Below are positions 13,997 to 31,583 of a DNA stretch of 64,000 bases, in pieces. Origin of the DNA: Octopus sinensis (Eukaryota). The stretch covers positions 75,888,001-75,952,000 of the forward strand of contig NC_043002.1 in NCBI RefSeq assembly GCF_006345805.1, read 5' to 3'. Both the position numbers and the translations under genes were made by a program. The notes under the pieces are model-generated. The model ran no database searches. It saw nothing but the letters and a program-made list of their open reading frames with translations, and was not told the origin of the DNA. How positions within the stretch are numbered: the first letter of the stretch is position 1; each line of letters starts with the position of its first letter.

Positions 13997-14770
13997 AACT
14001 AAATACTCAAAGCATTTCGTCCGATGATTTATATAACCTGCCACCTAAACATCCTCGAAAATAAGTTATAGACTCAAGGCTTGCAATTTTATCCTCCGGT
14101 TTCTTATCTTAACGCAAAACCTCTTTTTGGTTGTGGAACAAAATATACTAGATGATATCGCCTTCCATATTTGGTATGGCTGGTACAATATTACAGCAAT
14201 CCCAGATGACCGAAAGAAAAAGTCGATATCGGTGACCTGACGCCATTTTGTTTTAAGCTCATCCTAAAGTTACTAAAGTTATTTTACGCTTCGAACGAAA
14301 CCGTTCCACTTCCCGGATCACATTTCCATGCTTTCCCAAAAGACCAATTATCACGGCAAAAGTATTTAATTCAGGATTATTCTACCTACTCCCAAAGGTG
14401 GTCGATTAGCGGAACAATAAGAGTGTTGAAAAGCTTGTGGCAACTGTTCCGGTTCTTTACGTTCTGAGTTCAAATGCTGTCGTGGAGTATTTGAATTAAC
14501 AAAATCTAGCATTCTGAACAAAAAGGGAAGTAACTAAATACGCAAATCCTTTCGTTCGATACTTTACATAATCTGCCATCGTTGCATTCTCAAGAATATT
14601 AACTGGCAAAAATGAATTGTTTTAGATTCGACCCTGTTTATTACATTTCTTATCAGGTTTTAAAATTCTTTTGTATACATGACGTTTCTCCTTTAGGAAA
14701 AATTCGATTATTATTATTATTATTATTATTATTATTGTTGCTGTTGTTGTTATTATTATTATTATTATTA

Positions 14771-14815
<45 letters not shown>

Positions 14816-14816
<1 letters not shown>

Positions 14817-15293
14817 TACTTTTAATCTGCATGCTTGTTACAATCACATGCCGAGGCACCCAACGTCCTAGGGCGAGTGAAAAATAAGAAATGTTACAGT
14901 ATGACTGAAAGCTTGGGGAGGGGAAATGGCAGGGACTAGCGAAATATCTTCATGTAATACAACACATTTAAATTGATAGGGTTTTCCTAGGGATGTGGGC
15001 AGTACTTGTCAGGACAATCTTTTGAATTTCTCTGAGACATGGTTCTCCTGGGACATTATCTAGATGTTTCTGACATCCCTTATCATACCTAGGGCACCGA
15101 CAATAACAGGAACAGTTCTCGCTTTAAAGTGCCACATCTTTTGCATTTCAATTTCCAGGTCCTTATAGTTACTTAATTTGTCAAATTCCTTCACAGATAT
15201 ATTTTTATCAGTGGGAACACTTATATCTATTAGTCTACAAATAATTTCTTCCCTGTCTTTAATGACTTTGTCTGGTCGATTAAGCTGGATCAT
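14816..15293 (-). mobile_element. R4/Dong-like non-LTR retrotransposon 3' fragment (restriction-like endonuclease)
   Basis: RPDKVIKD...LIDISVP...YKDLEIEMQKMW...VPVIVGALG...IQKIVLTSTAHI. The 3' end abuts (AAT)n on the element strand. Confidence 0.85.
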
Positions 15294-15382
15294 TCTTCTT
15301 CTTCTTCTTCTTCTTCTCTTCTTCTTCTTCTTCTTCTTCTCTTCTTCTTCTTCTTCTTCTTCTTCTTCTTCTTCTTCTTCTT

Positions 15383-15413
<31 letters not shown>

Positions 15414-16149
15414 TTATTATTATTATTATTATTATTAGTAGTAGTAGTAGTAATTGTAGTAGCAGCAGCAGCAGCAGTTACTGTTGTAGTTAAGGTGACG
15501 AAGTAGCAGAACCACCAGAGCAACGGACAAATGTCTTGTATTTTTGTTTTAATTTTGTTTTGAATGTTGCCTTTTTGTTTCGATTTTTATATCCCGTTGG
15601 CTTTAACTTTACCCTCCTGGGTTGAAAAAATAAAGCACTAGTCAAATACTGGAGTCGATGGTCTCGACTAATTCCCTTCCTTTAAAATTACAAGCCTTAT
15701 ACCTAAATTACAAAATAAAATTTTCGAAAATCCTTTTTTTTTTGTCTATCCTCCATCGTACAAGAATAAGTTACCCAATTCGAGACTCGGTCAGAACTTT
15801 CTTTTTTATTCATAATTTAATCAGAGAAAGGAGAGGACGAACAGGAAAGTTGTGAAAGGGTTGTGAGCATGGCCTGAGTCAACAGACTCATTTTGATCAT
15901 TCGATCGTAGGTTGGAATATACAGACTTAATTGTCCCTATTACCTTTGGCAGTAAGAATGATCTTGGACCTATGTGGGTCCCCGTTTGACCCCAGTTGTT
16001 TGTTCACTAATTTAGTTCTTTTCCACTTCGCATTCATGTGTACTTTTTTTTCTCACCCTATTCAATGTAGACCATCACTATTTTTGTAATCTGTCCTTGT
16101 AATGTTCGCTTATCTGCCTACTTTGCGGCAAATAAAGAAAGAAAGAAAG

Positions 16150-16217
<68 letters not shown>

Positions 16218-16240
16218 CACCATCATTATCATCATCTCCA

Positions 16241-16320
<80 letters not shown>

Positions 16321-18469
16321 ATCATTATATCAAAGAGATCTCAGGTTACGAACATGAAACCTTCAGTGCCGTTAGTTCTGTGATTATTTAATAAAGATCG
16401 TAATCATTGCTTAGAAGTACCACTATCAAATTTAAACCGTCAAAACACTCGTTCGCAATGACTCCTTTACTGTAACAAATATGGTGTATTTAAAAGCATT
16501 GCAAGTCACTAATTACAAGCAGACAGATTTGGTTACATTCGAAATCTTTTCGCAAGTGAAGCATATTTATTAACCCCCACAGAAAACTGAAAGAAAATAA
16601 ATCAACAAAGTAACATATACGAAAATTAAATATACATGTTGAAGGTTTTAACGCCAGATCTAGTTTCCTCTTAGTTGTAAATCTTACGATGGGAATTTAA
16701 CATCAACTAATCTTCACTTGTATAAATATAACTCTCGTACCATAAACCATCTTAATTTAATATTACAAATTCATTATTAATGAGTCGTGTATGGAATCGT
16801 ATTCAGCATTTTCACATAAATTAACAAGGTCTAGTAAATTATCTTCACCTTCCGTTGCACTGAACGTTTGTAGGTATATTTTTTCAAACTTGAATCGTTT
16901 TCCCATATTATTATTCTCTTAAGAGTAAAAAAAAAAAAAAGAATTATGTTGTACATTTTCTAGTAAACAGTTTATCATAATGTATATTTAATGCGCTGGG
17001 GCGAGAATACAAAATGGATAAGTTATAGGCAATCTGCGTAAGACAGCCTTCAGTTCAAACTCATTGCAGGTGTTTCTCTCTTTCTGATGAACACATTATC
17101 TTAATTAACTTAACTGACGCCAGTATGCACCAGATCACGAAGGAATATTATATGTGATTTAAAGGCGCCCTAACCATAAGCTTTATGCCTTTACACCAGA
17201 TCTAGATAGCGGCTTGTAGAAAATCTCCCGATCCTCAGTCAGTTTTCAAAGATCAGTATCAACGGATTATGCCTTAGCATGCGGTTGGCAGTGAATACAT
17301 GTTACTGAAAAAGTACAATTATGCAGAATTGCATATCTTTCGTCTACTACTGATATATTTGGGGTTTTAAACACAGTATGTCCGTATAAATATTATCTGA
17401 GTACAAATACCGCACTAAATTTCATATATATATATATATATATAACGAGATTTTACACAGTTTCTGTCTACCAAATTCACTCACAAAACAATGACCTGTT
17501 GGGGTGCGAAATTTTTTTTTCCCACCAGAGTTCCGGACCCCAGTTAGGAACTCATTTGTATACACCCAATCAGAGCTTAACTATCAAACTAGTGTCCACC
17601 CAGTCACGAAAATACTCTGGTTGGGTTCAATGGAAAATGTGCGTTATAGCAAAATCTAACTGTTTTAAATGTGAAATTTAGTGTATAAAGTGAATGGAGA
17701 GCTGCTCACCGATGATGCCATAAGTGTTGCCAATTTGCGCAATTTACTCGAAGATGTAAATAAGTGTAGTTTTCTATTTTTTTTTTTACTGATTTTGTAC
17801 ATTCCTAATTTAAAACGTTGGTGTTGATCTGGAAACATCGTAATCAATATGGCGTTGTGTCGTATTGCGCCCTCCTAGCATATATCAATGGCTACCTGCA
17901 GTATCAATAATCTCAGTTTGGGCATAGGTACCTAATGTTAACTCCATATAGAGCTGGTGTTCAATTGATCTATGAGGATGGTGGAGGTGGGGAATGTGGT
18001 GTTATGTGAGACCTGCCTTGCTGTACTCACAGAGTGGCATACACCATTCTATGCCTAACTAGCTGTACTGTAGTAGTACACAATATGTGGATTTTCAAGG
18101 TGAACTCTGGCTGTATGCAAATGAGTTCATTATTGGGGTTCGGAACTCTCGTGGGAAAATCATTTGCGGCTGGGGCCATAGTTTAAGATATCAGACCAAA
18201 AATGTCGCACAATAGAACAGAACTGGAAATCATGTATTTGCGAAGCGGCGAAATTGAAATTATTTCACTATACTGCTTGTGTGTCGTATCTGGGAGCGGA
18301 ATTCCAATAAATTCTCACCATTACAACATAAATCAATCGATGGGAAATCAAATAAACTGCAATACGATTTCTTTCTGCTTCACAAGACCATCTGCTGTCG
18401 TTTAACTGCAAGTCATTTCTACCTGAGCAAAATATTATTAAAGACTCTTCATCTACCTACATACCTACA

Positions 18470-18471
18470 TA

Positions 18472-18508
<37 letters not shown>

Positions 18509-18515
18509 ATGTCTG

Positions 18516-18608
<93 letters not shown>

Positions 18609-18659
18609 TTATCTATCTATATAGCTGTCTGTCTGTTTGTCTGTCTGTCTGTCTCTCAG

Positions 18660-18692
<33 letters not shown>

Positions 18693-18822
18693 TTATCTAT
18701 CCATCTATTTATCTATCTATCTATCTATCGAATGTCAAGCGTTGTCAAAACAAAATCATATACACACACATTTATACACACATACATACATACATACATA
18801 CATACATACATACATACTACAT

Positions 18823-18853
<31 letters not shown>

Positions 18854-18875
18854 TACATACATACATACATACACA
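18470..18875. repeat. Compound (TCTG)/(TCTA)/(TACA) microsatellite
   Basis: Seen directly. Confidence 0.95.
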
Positions 18876-18879
18876 CGTA

Positions 18880-19050
18880 TACAAGTCTCTCTCTACAGTT
18901 TCCGTCTAACAAAATATCCTCACAAGGCATTAGTTTTCCCAGAAGCGATAGTAGAAGACACTTGCCCAAGGTGTCAATCAGTGGAACTGAACCCGAAAGC
19001 ATGTGATTGCAAAGCGTGCTTCTTAATCATAGAGCTATGACTGTGCCTAT
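18880..19050 (-). mobile_element. SINE family A, 5' part
   Basis: Reverse-complement match to the family A head. Confidence 0.7.
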
Positions 19051-19719
19051 TATATAGTCTTTACGCTTCGCCTATTAGCTTTTACGCTTCTCCTCAGTGA
19101 CGCAGCTAGGACCGAACGACACTTCATCTTCAGAAGGAGGGCACCTGAGGTTTCTTGTGAATCACAATAACCTTGAACTGGTTCCAGCTGCAGTGCATAT
19201 CTCCTTGGTGACCTTCTTCAGATGTTTGAGTTATTGCTTTATTTTTTTTCTTAAAGTTAGTGACTTGTGATTTTATGGAAATTTGACTACTATTTCTAGC
19301 AGATTGGGAGACTGCCCTGAGGTACTGTTGTTAGCGTAAAAGCTACTTGTTTATAACGGAGATGAAAGGCTTTTCTCAAGAGAAAAAGCGACACAAATGA
19401 AAGGAAATACTACCCCATGGTAATCGATATCGATACAGCGGCAGATATTGATGACATGATGGATTAAAATACCGCCGCGCTACAGGGTTCACCAATGATT
19501 GAATTATTGAACGTATTCACCCATTACGTCATTTATTTTGAATATTTTTGGCGTTGATTCAATTTAGTTTTAGCAAATTTGATTCTATTAAAATGCTAGC
19601 AGTCTCAATGGGTTTGATTTGTAATATGAAGCAGTTTTAGAGATTCGTAAGTTCGATCCAAGTGGTGCAACAGCACATTCGATAAGTAAGGAAACGATTT
19701 CTTCTTATATAATCCTTAT

Positions 19720-20095
19720 TTACTATAGGCACAAAGCCTGAAATTACATCGACCCCAGTGTTTCAGTGGTACTTAATTTATCGACCCCGAAATGATAACA
19801 GGCAAAATCTACCTCGGCCGAATTTGAACTCAGAGCGAAAAGACAGACGAAATGCCTTGGCCTTTAAATAATAATAGTCCTTCTACTAAAGGCACAAGGC
19901 CCGAATTTTAGCGTGTGGGGACTAGTCGATTACATCGACCCCAGTGTTTCAGTGGTACTTAATTTATCGACCCCGAAATGATAAAAGGTAAAGTCGACCT
20001 CAGTGGAATTTGAACTCAGAACGTAAAGACAGACGAAATGCGTTACGCATTTTGCCCGGCATGCTAACTATCCTGTCAGCTCGCAGCCTTATTTC
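19720..20095 (-). mobile_element. SINE family B, two adjacent partial copies
   Basis: Two copies of ATCGACCCCAGTGTTTCAGTGGTACTTAATTTATCGACCCCGAAATGAT. Confidence 0.8.
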
Positions 20096-20104
20096 TTCTT
20101 AGAT

Positions 20105-20340
20105 ATTAGGCACCGGTATGGCTGCGTTGTTTAGAAACTCGCTTTACTGAACTCGAAGCCACGCGGTTTCGGGTTCAGTCCCACTGCGTGACACTTTGGA
20201 CAAGTGTCTTCTACTACAGCTTCGGGCCAACTAATGCCTTGTGTGTGAATTTGGTAGACGGAAACTGTGTGAAGGTTTGTCGTATATGTATGTGTGTATA
20301 AGTAAATGCGTGTATGACTTGACAATGCTTGAGAAACGGT
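20105..20340 (+). mobile_element. SINE family A, partial
   Basis: GGGTTCAGTCCCACTGCGTGACACTTTGGACAAGTGTCTTCTAC block. Confidence 0.7.
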
Positions 20341-20872
20341 GACCCCCGAAAGGTTGAAAGGCAATATCGACATCACCGGAATTTGAAATCAGACCGTAAA
20401 GACAGACAAAGTATTACTAGTAATTTACCTGCTCATTGCCTTTCTTCAGTTGTCTCAAATTTTGGCACAAGGTTAGTAATTTAGTAAAATAAAAAATTAG
20501 AAACTTATTAGTAATTAGTAAAATAAATACCAGTTGAGTACCAAAGTACTCAACTGGTATTTATTTTATCGACCCCGGCGGCATTTGAACTCAGAACGTA
20601 AAGCCGAAAGAATTTCTGCTAAGCACTTTGCCTGGCGTGCGCTAACGATTCTACCACCTTTCCGCCTTACCAAGATCTTTCATAATCCTTACTATTATCG
20701 GCACAAAGTGTGAAATATGGGGGTGGGGAGTAGTTGGTTATATTAATACCAGTATACAACTGTTACTTAAGTTATCAACCCGAAAGGCTGAAAGAAAAAG
20801 TCGGCTTCGGCGGCGTTTGAAACCAGAGCGTAAAGCCGAAAGAAATACCGCTGAGCACTTTGTCCGGTGTCT

Positions 20873-21232
20873 CTTTTGCTTGTTTCAGTCATTTGACTGT
20901 GGCCATGCTGGAGCACCGCATTTAGTCGAGCAAATCGAACCCAGGACTTATTCTTTGCAAGCCTAGTACTTATTCTATCGGTCTCTTTTGCCGAACCGTT
21001 AAGTTACGGGTACATAAACACACCAGCATCGGTTGTCAAGCGATATTGGGGGGACAAACACAGACACACAAACGCACACACATATATATATATACATATA
21101 CATATATACGACGGGATTCTTTCAGTTTCCGTCTACCAAATCCACTCACAAAGCTTTGGTCGGCCCGTGGCTATAGTAGAAGACACTTGCCCAAGGTGCC
21201 ACGCAGTGGGATTGAACCATGTTCTTGGTAAG
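20873..21232 (-). mobile_element. SINE family A
   Basis: Reverse-complement match over tail, body and most of the head. Confidence 0.85.
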
Positions 21233-21243
21233 CAAATGAGTCT

Positions 21244-21835
21244 TATTTCTTTACTGCCCACAGGGGGCTAAACATAGAGCGGACAAACAAGGACAAACAA
21301 ACGGATTAAGTCGATTATATTGACTCCAGTGAGTAACTGGTACTTATTTAATCGATCCCGAAAGGATGAAAGCCAAAGTCGACCTCGGCGGAATTTGAAC
21401 TCACGACGTAGTGGCAGACGAAATACCTATTTCTTTACTACCCACAAGGGGCGAAACACAGAGGGGACAAACAAGGATAGACAAACGGATTAAGTCGATT
21501 ACATCGACCCCAGTGCGTAACTGGTATTTATTTATTGACCCGGAACGGATGAAAGGCAAAGTCGACCTCGGCGGAATCTGAACTCAGAACGTAACGGCAG
21601 ACGAAATATCTTTTTCTTTACTACCCACAAGGGGATAAACACAGAGAAGACAAACAAGGACAGAGAAACGGATTAAGTGGATTACATCGACCCCAGTGCG
21701 TAACTGGTATTTATTTATCGACCCCGAAAGGATGAAAGGCAAAGTCGGTTTCGGCGGAATTTGAACTCAGAACGTAACGGGCGGCGAAATACGGCTACGC
21801 ATTTCGCCCGGCGTGCTAACGTTTCTGTCAGCTCG
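21244..21835 (-). mobile_element. SINE family B multimer (3 units, ~185-bp period)
   Basis: Unit starts at ~21244, 21428 and 21610. Confidence 0.85.
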
Positions 21836-21899
21836 TCGGTGTGCTAATGATTCTGACTGCTCGCCACCCTACACCATGACATTTAATAATGATTTCCGT

Positions 21900-26000
<4,101 letters not shown>

Positions 26001-26079
26001 TTTGTGTGCGGTGGTATACAGCGCTTCTGTATGTCTCTACATGCTGGTGCGTCTGTCTAACTGTCTTCTTTCTTTCGTT

Positions 26080-26115
26080 ACCTTCCTTCTTTCTTTATTT
26101 CTGTCTTTCATTCCT

Positions 26116-26164
<49 letters not shown>

Positions 26165-26760
26165 TTTCTTCTTTCTCATTCTCCCTTCTTCGTTGTCCCT
26201 GTTCGTGTTTTTTCTTCGTCTTCGTTTTAGCACATTCATTCTTTTTTCCTCTTCCTTTCCCCTGCTGCTCCCATCTTCCTGCTCCTCGCACCCCCTCCTC
26301 TACCTCCACCCCTTTCTTCTTCTTCTTCTTCTTCTTCTTTCTTCTTCTCCCCGCCTCTTGCTCCTTCACCTCCTCCTCCTCATCCCCTTCTACTTCTTCT
26401 TCTTCTTCTCCTCGCCTCTTGCTCCTCCTCCTCTCCTTCCTCTTCTTCTTCTTCTCTCCCACCTCTTGTTCCTCCTTCTCCTCCTCCCCCTCCCCCTCCG
26501 CCTCCTCCTTCTTCTCTCCCGTCTCTTGTTCCTCCTCCCCTCGTTGTTGTTGTTGTTGTTGTTGTTCTTGTTGTTCTTGTTCTTCTTGTTTTTGTTCTTG
26601 TTCTTGTTCTTCTTTTTCTTCTCCTCCTCCTTCTTCTTCCCGTCTCGTGTTCCTCCTCCTCCTCTCCTCCTCCTTGTTGTTGTTGTTGTTCTCTTCTTCT
26701 TCTTCTTCTTCTTCTTCTTCTTCTTCTCCTTCTTCTTCCTCTGTTGTGTTGCTGCTGCTG
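26080..26760. repeat. Compound pyrimidine-rich microsatellite (TTTC/TTC/CTC/TTG)
   Basis: Seen directly; explains the long low-complexity ORFs here. Confidence 0.95.
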
Positions 26761-27440
26761 CTCATCTTCATCAACATTGTATACTTATACATCGTGATTC
26801 TTATACATCGTTTCTTTCACCAAAACGTCTTCGAGAAGAAAACGCGAATAAAGCAGGGTAGTCGGGAGAAGAAGCGGCAGAGATACAAGGTAAAAACTAG
26901 AAAACAGTTATTAAAAGAAGATCTGGAGAATCGGAGGAAGGAAGAAGGAAAGGGAAAAGGTAGTGAAATAGCAGATTGGAAAGAGAGAAAAGGAGAAGAA
27001 GAATGAGCAGCGAAAAAGAGAAAGAAAAAGAGGTATATAAAAGAGAATATGGAGGTTTATAGGAAGGCAGCGAAGAAAAAGGTAATTAGTGATTAGAAGG
27101 CCAAATTGCATTCAAGAAATTCTTTGGGAGAATTGATGGAGAGAAGAATCGAAGATACAATGGAAGGGATGGAAAAATAAAAACAAAAAAGGAAACGGAA
27201 AAGGTAAACAATTTTAATGAAAGTTAAAAAGTGAGAGAGGTGGAGAGAGAGGGAGAGGGAGTGGAGGAGAGAAGGACAAAGAGAGAAAGATAGACAGACA
27301 GATAGGCAATGGACAGATAGTAAGATAAATAGATATGTAGATAGATGGATAGATAGAGGGAGGGAGAGGGAGGGAGGGAAAGACGGAGATAAATAGCGGG
27401 TGTTCGGGATAAATTTGAAAGTTTATTTAAAATGGGTGGA

Positions 27441-27740
27441 GGCACATGGCCTAGTGGTTAGAGCAGCGGACTCGCGGTCGAGGGATCGGGGATTCGAATC
27501 TCAAACCGGGCGATATGTGTGTTTATGAGCGAAACACCTAAGCTCCACGCGGCTCCGGCAGAAGGTGATGGCGTACTTCTGATGACTCTTTCGCCACAAC
27601 TTTCCCTCACTCTTTCCTCCGGTATCTTGCTGCTCACCTGCAACGGACCGGCTTCCCGTCCAGGTGAGGAACTTATATGCCAAGGAAACTGGGAAACCGG
27701 CCCTTATGAACCAGGCATGGCTTGAGAAGGAACAAACAAT
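27441..27740 (+). mobile_element. tRNA-Arg-like SINE (family C)
   Basis: GGCACATGGCCTAGTGGTTAGAGCAGCGGACTCGCGG...GATTCGAATCTC: A and B boxes with a TCG anticodon-like loop, then a non-tRNA body ending AACAAACAA. Confidence 0.75.
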
Positions 27741-27869
27741 GTAAAATGGAAAGAAAACACAATATGCCATAAAAGCTAAAAGTATTCTAAAAAAATCAAA
27801 AAAATGTCAACTAGATTGTGGCTGATAGATAACAGTTTACTCAAAGTTCCCAGGGACGCAGTGAGTCCC

Positions 27870-28378
27870 CGGGAAGGTCATCGAACACTTACTTGATATT
27901 GGCCACTAGCTAAGTCTTGGTGTTGCAATCAGAGCAGCTGGTGTCTTACTCAACTGTGCCCCACTCAAGGTATTTCATAAGATTATAAACGGGGGAATTA
28001 CGAGGCCAAGAATTGGGGCAGGTAAAGTCACAGAAATTCTCTGTCAATCACTTTTGGCACTTTCTGGAGGTATGGCAAGAGGCCGAATTTTGCTGCCACA
28101 CATGGCTTTCCAATAGGAATCTTCTCCAGTAAGGTTTTAACCACAGTCTCTAGCGGCTTCACATAGCATCTCAATTGACCCTAAGGCCCTGTTCAAAGAT
28201 GTGGTTTAGGATAACGTTACCCTCACTGGAGAGACACCCAAAGACTATTACAATTTGGGAAGACTTGGCTTTCATGATGACCATGTCACGTCTTGCAAAC
28301 TTTACATTGTTTAGAAAGCATTGAGTAGCAGTGATGTTATCGGTATTTTGATACCCGGCCCGAATCATCATGATACAG
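27870..28378 (-). mobile_element. maT-like transposase relic (second, more decayed copy)
   Basis: VIVFGCLSSEGNVILNHIFEQGLRVN...LETVVK...SASCHTSRKCQ...WPRNSPVYNLM, homologous to the 63.4-64 kb relic. Confidence 0.75.
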
Positions 28379-28397
28379 ATAACTCTTTTCCAATATT

Positions 28398-29106
28398 CTT
28401 TTCTACTCTAGGCACAAGGTCCAAAAAAATTTTTTTCTGGAGTAGGGCAGTCGATTAGATCGACCCCAGTACGCAACTGATAGTTAATTTATCGACCCCG
28501 AAAGGATGAAAGGCAAAGTCGACCTCGGCGGAATTTGAACTCAGAACATAAAGACAGACGAAATACCTATTTCTTTACTGCCAACAAGGGGCTAAACACA
28601 AAGGGGACAAACAAGGACAGACAAACGGATTAAGTCGATTATATTGACTTCAGTGCGTAACTGGTACTTATTTATTCGACCCCGAAAGGATGAAAGGCAA
28701 AGTCGATCTTGGCGGAATTTAACTCAGAAGGCAACAGCAGACGAAGTACCTATTTCTTTACTACCCACAAGGGGCGAAACACAGAGAGGACAAACAAGGA
28801 CAGACAAACGGATTAAGTCGATTTTATCGACTCCAGTGCGTAACTGGTACTTATTTAATCGACCCTGAAAAGATGAAAGGCAAAGTCGACCACGGCGGCA
28901 GACGAAATACCTATTTCTTTACTGCCCACAAGGGACTACAGACAGAGGGGACAAACAAGGACAGACAAGCGGATTAAGCCGATTATATCGACCCCAGTAC
29001 TTATTTAATCGACCCCGAAAGGATGAAAGGCAAAGTCGACCACGGCGGAATTTGAACTCAGAATGGGGCGGCAGACGAAATACCGCTAAGCATTTCGCCC
29101 GGCGTG
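28398..29106 (-). mobile_element. SINE family B multimer with a 17-bp flanking duplication
   Basis: AACTCTTTTCCAATATT at 28381-97 and 29107-23; internal unit starts at 28568, 28751 and 28912. Confidence 0.85.
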
Positions 29107-29317
29107 AACTCTTTTCCAATATTGAAGATGGATTCCAATTCTTTATGACATTTAAATTTTTCTCAACTACAATTTAAATCTTTAAGCTCTCCAATGGCGT
29201 TGGTGTTCCTGAAAAAAGAAAAAAGAGCCATAAAAATCGTCAAATTTCGTCCGAACTTTCTGTAGAAAGAAAGGTAAACAGACAGACAGACAGACAGACG
29301 GACGGAAAGACAGATAA

Positions 29318-29378
<61 letters not shown>

Positions 29379-29389
29379 CAGATAAATAA

Positions 29390-29471
<82 letters not shown>

Positions 29472-29506
29472 CGTAGTATTACTGGATTGCGAAACGGCGT
29501 TAACCT

Positions 29507-29632
29507 TACGGCAGACACATCGTTAAATATTTATAAATTCACCTCTCATACATCTTAACTTTATATATATATATATATAAAGTTAAGATGTATGAGAGGT
29601 GAATTTATAAATATTTAACGATGTGTCTGCCG

Positions 29633-29634
<2 letters not shown>
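29507..29634. repeat. Perfect 128-bp palindrome centred on (TA)n
   Basis: 64-nt halves are exact reverse complements with no spacer. Confidence 0.95.
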
Positions 29635-29710
<76 letters not shown>

Positions 29711-30053
29711 TCTAGTAGAAATATGTTACAAAAAGAAAATATAAAATACACGTGGAAATGTAAGGGTAAAATATGAAAAATCAACGAAAATGCATATTGC
29801 AAATAGAAAAAGGCTATTTATGATAGGTAACGACAAATATATACATTTAGATTGACTGAGGTAGTAATACGAGTCATAAAATTCATTATTATGAGATGAT
29901 TATAAGATGATAATAAAGTAAGAAAACAAAACGAACCAATGATTTACGCACAGCTATTCATCGTTTATATTTATATATATAAATGTAGATAGATACAGAA
30001 ATTAGAAAGTGAGAGAGAGAGATAAAATGTATGTATGTGGACAAAGAATATGG

Positions 30054-30089
<36 letters not shown>

Positions 30090-30469
30090 GACAGAGATGA
30101 AAACGTAAAAGTCTGATCGTAGGACTCGTAGAAAAACCATGAAATAACCACTATCGATCTGGATGTGATAGTGTTAGCTTATATGTGCACAATAGCATAA
30201 TATTGTATGCTTGAGTTTCTGTATGTATATGCGTAAATGTGTACGCTTGTATTTGCACGTACGTTTGCGCGGGTGCAGTTGTCTGCATATGTTCGTGTAT
30301 GAGTATGTGCACGCATGTAGTGTGCCTGTCTGGTATTTGTTGATAGAGTATAAAGTATTTTTACTGATTTGCTTTCCTTTATGCTAGTCTGTGTTTATAA
30401 TATTCACGCATTTATTAGATACACAATTTTTTCAATGATTCTATAGGGTATAAATCACTTTCTGAAAGG

Positions 30470-30662
30470 GGACACCGGGCCATCGTAGGGTTACTCATTC
30501 TTGCCAGCGTAGCAGCGGACTGGAGCAATGTGAAATGAATTGTTTTGGCTTAAGAATACGTTGCTCGAGAGTGTTTTACCTAACAATGCATCGCTCGGTC
30601 CAGGAATCAAAAACACAATTTTACGATCATGAGCCCAACAGCCTAACCTCTAAACCACGTAC
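30470..30662 (-). mobile_element. SINE family D, partial
   Basis: Reverse-complement similarity to 49615-49740. Confidence 0.6.
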
Positions 30663-30785
30663 CACAGTATAAATCATCATCTAGCTAATCTCTTTGTCAT
30701 CATTTGCATTGTTATATAAATTATCCTGACTTGGTTAACTAGGTTTTAGCTATATTTGCTATGATAGCTATAAATTACAAATGAC

Positions 30786-30825
30786 CATGGTTCCCAAACC
30801 TTTTCAGGTCTATGTCTCTCTCTCT

Positions 30826-30898
<73 letters not shown>

Positions 30899-31175
30899 CC
30901 ATATTCTTTGTCCACATACATACATTTTATCCCCCTTGGTTCTAAGGCCACTTTTTTGTAGTGCCCTCCCTACCACTCACCATCACAAACATAGACCATT
31001 TTCTGTAGCAAATTTAAAATAATATTATTTCACAAATAAAACAAACTAATTAACCCTTTATTTTGATCTTTTCTTTACATCACCCCATTATCGCCCCGTT
31101 TTCATCACCCCATTAACGCCCCATTTTTCTTCAACCGCCTCCAGGGGTGTGGTATCACCCACTTTGGAAGAAGCT
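30786..31175. mobile_element. Decayed hAT-like MITE containing an inserted (CT)n segment
   Basis: Starts CATGGTTCCCAAACC and ends CCCACTTTGGAAGAAGCT, resembling CAGTGGTTCCCAA-type termini. Confidence 0.4.
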
Positions 31176-31542
31176 AATGTAAACAAATTGGCATACTTTC
31201 TCTGATGAAAGACTAAAAGACCAAAACAACGCATGTCACATCTATCAAACATTAACAGTGTATGGAAGAGTAACTCATGCCATGTAAGCACTTTGCTTGC
31301 TTTCTTCAGTAAATTTGAAACGGAAGGTTTTCGAAAGGTCGCCTTATATTTCAAATGATCTTAGAACGTTGTGTAATGCTCGGTAAATGAATTTCTTAAT
31401 TCACGTTGCCAGCGCATGCACTGTTATGCAAATTAGATTGGGTAATTTAACTTAAGTTGGCATAAGCTACTAATCTTACCGTGAAAGGAAACTTATCAGA
31501 TCGATCCCACCTTTCTCTGGCCTTGGAGAGATAAAGCATGAG

Positions 31543-31583
<41 letters not shown>

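Noticed and set aside
21244-21835. CRISPR-like array
   Set aside because: Units are ~185-bp SINE bodies without unique spacers, in a eukaryotic context.
27441-27515. tRNA-Arg gene
   Set aside because: No complete acceptor stem; it continues into a SINE body.
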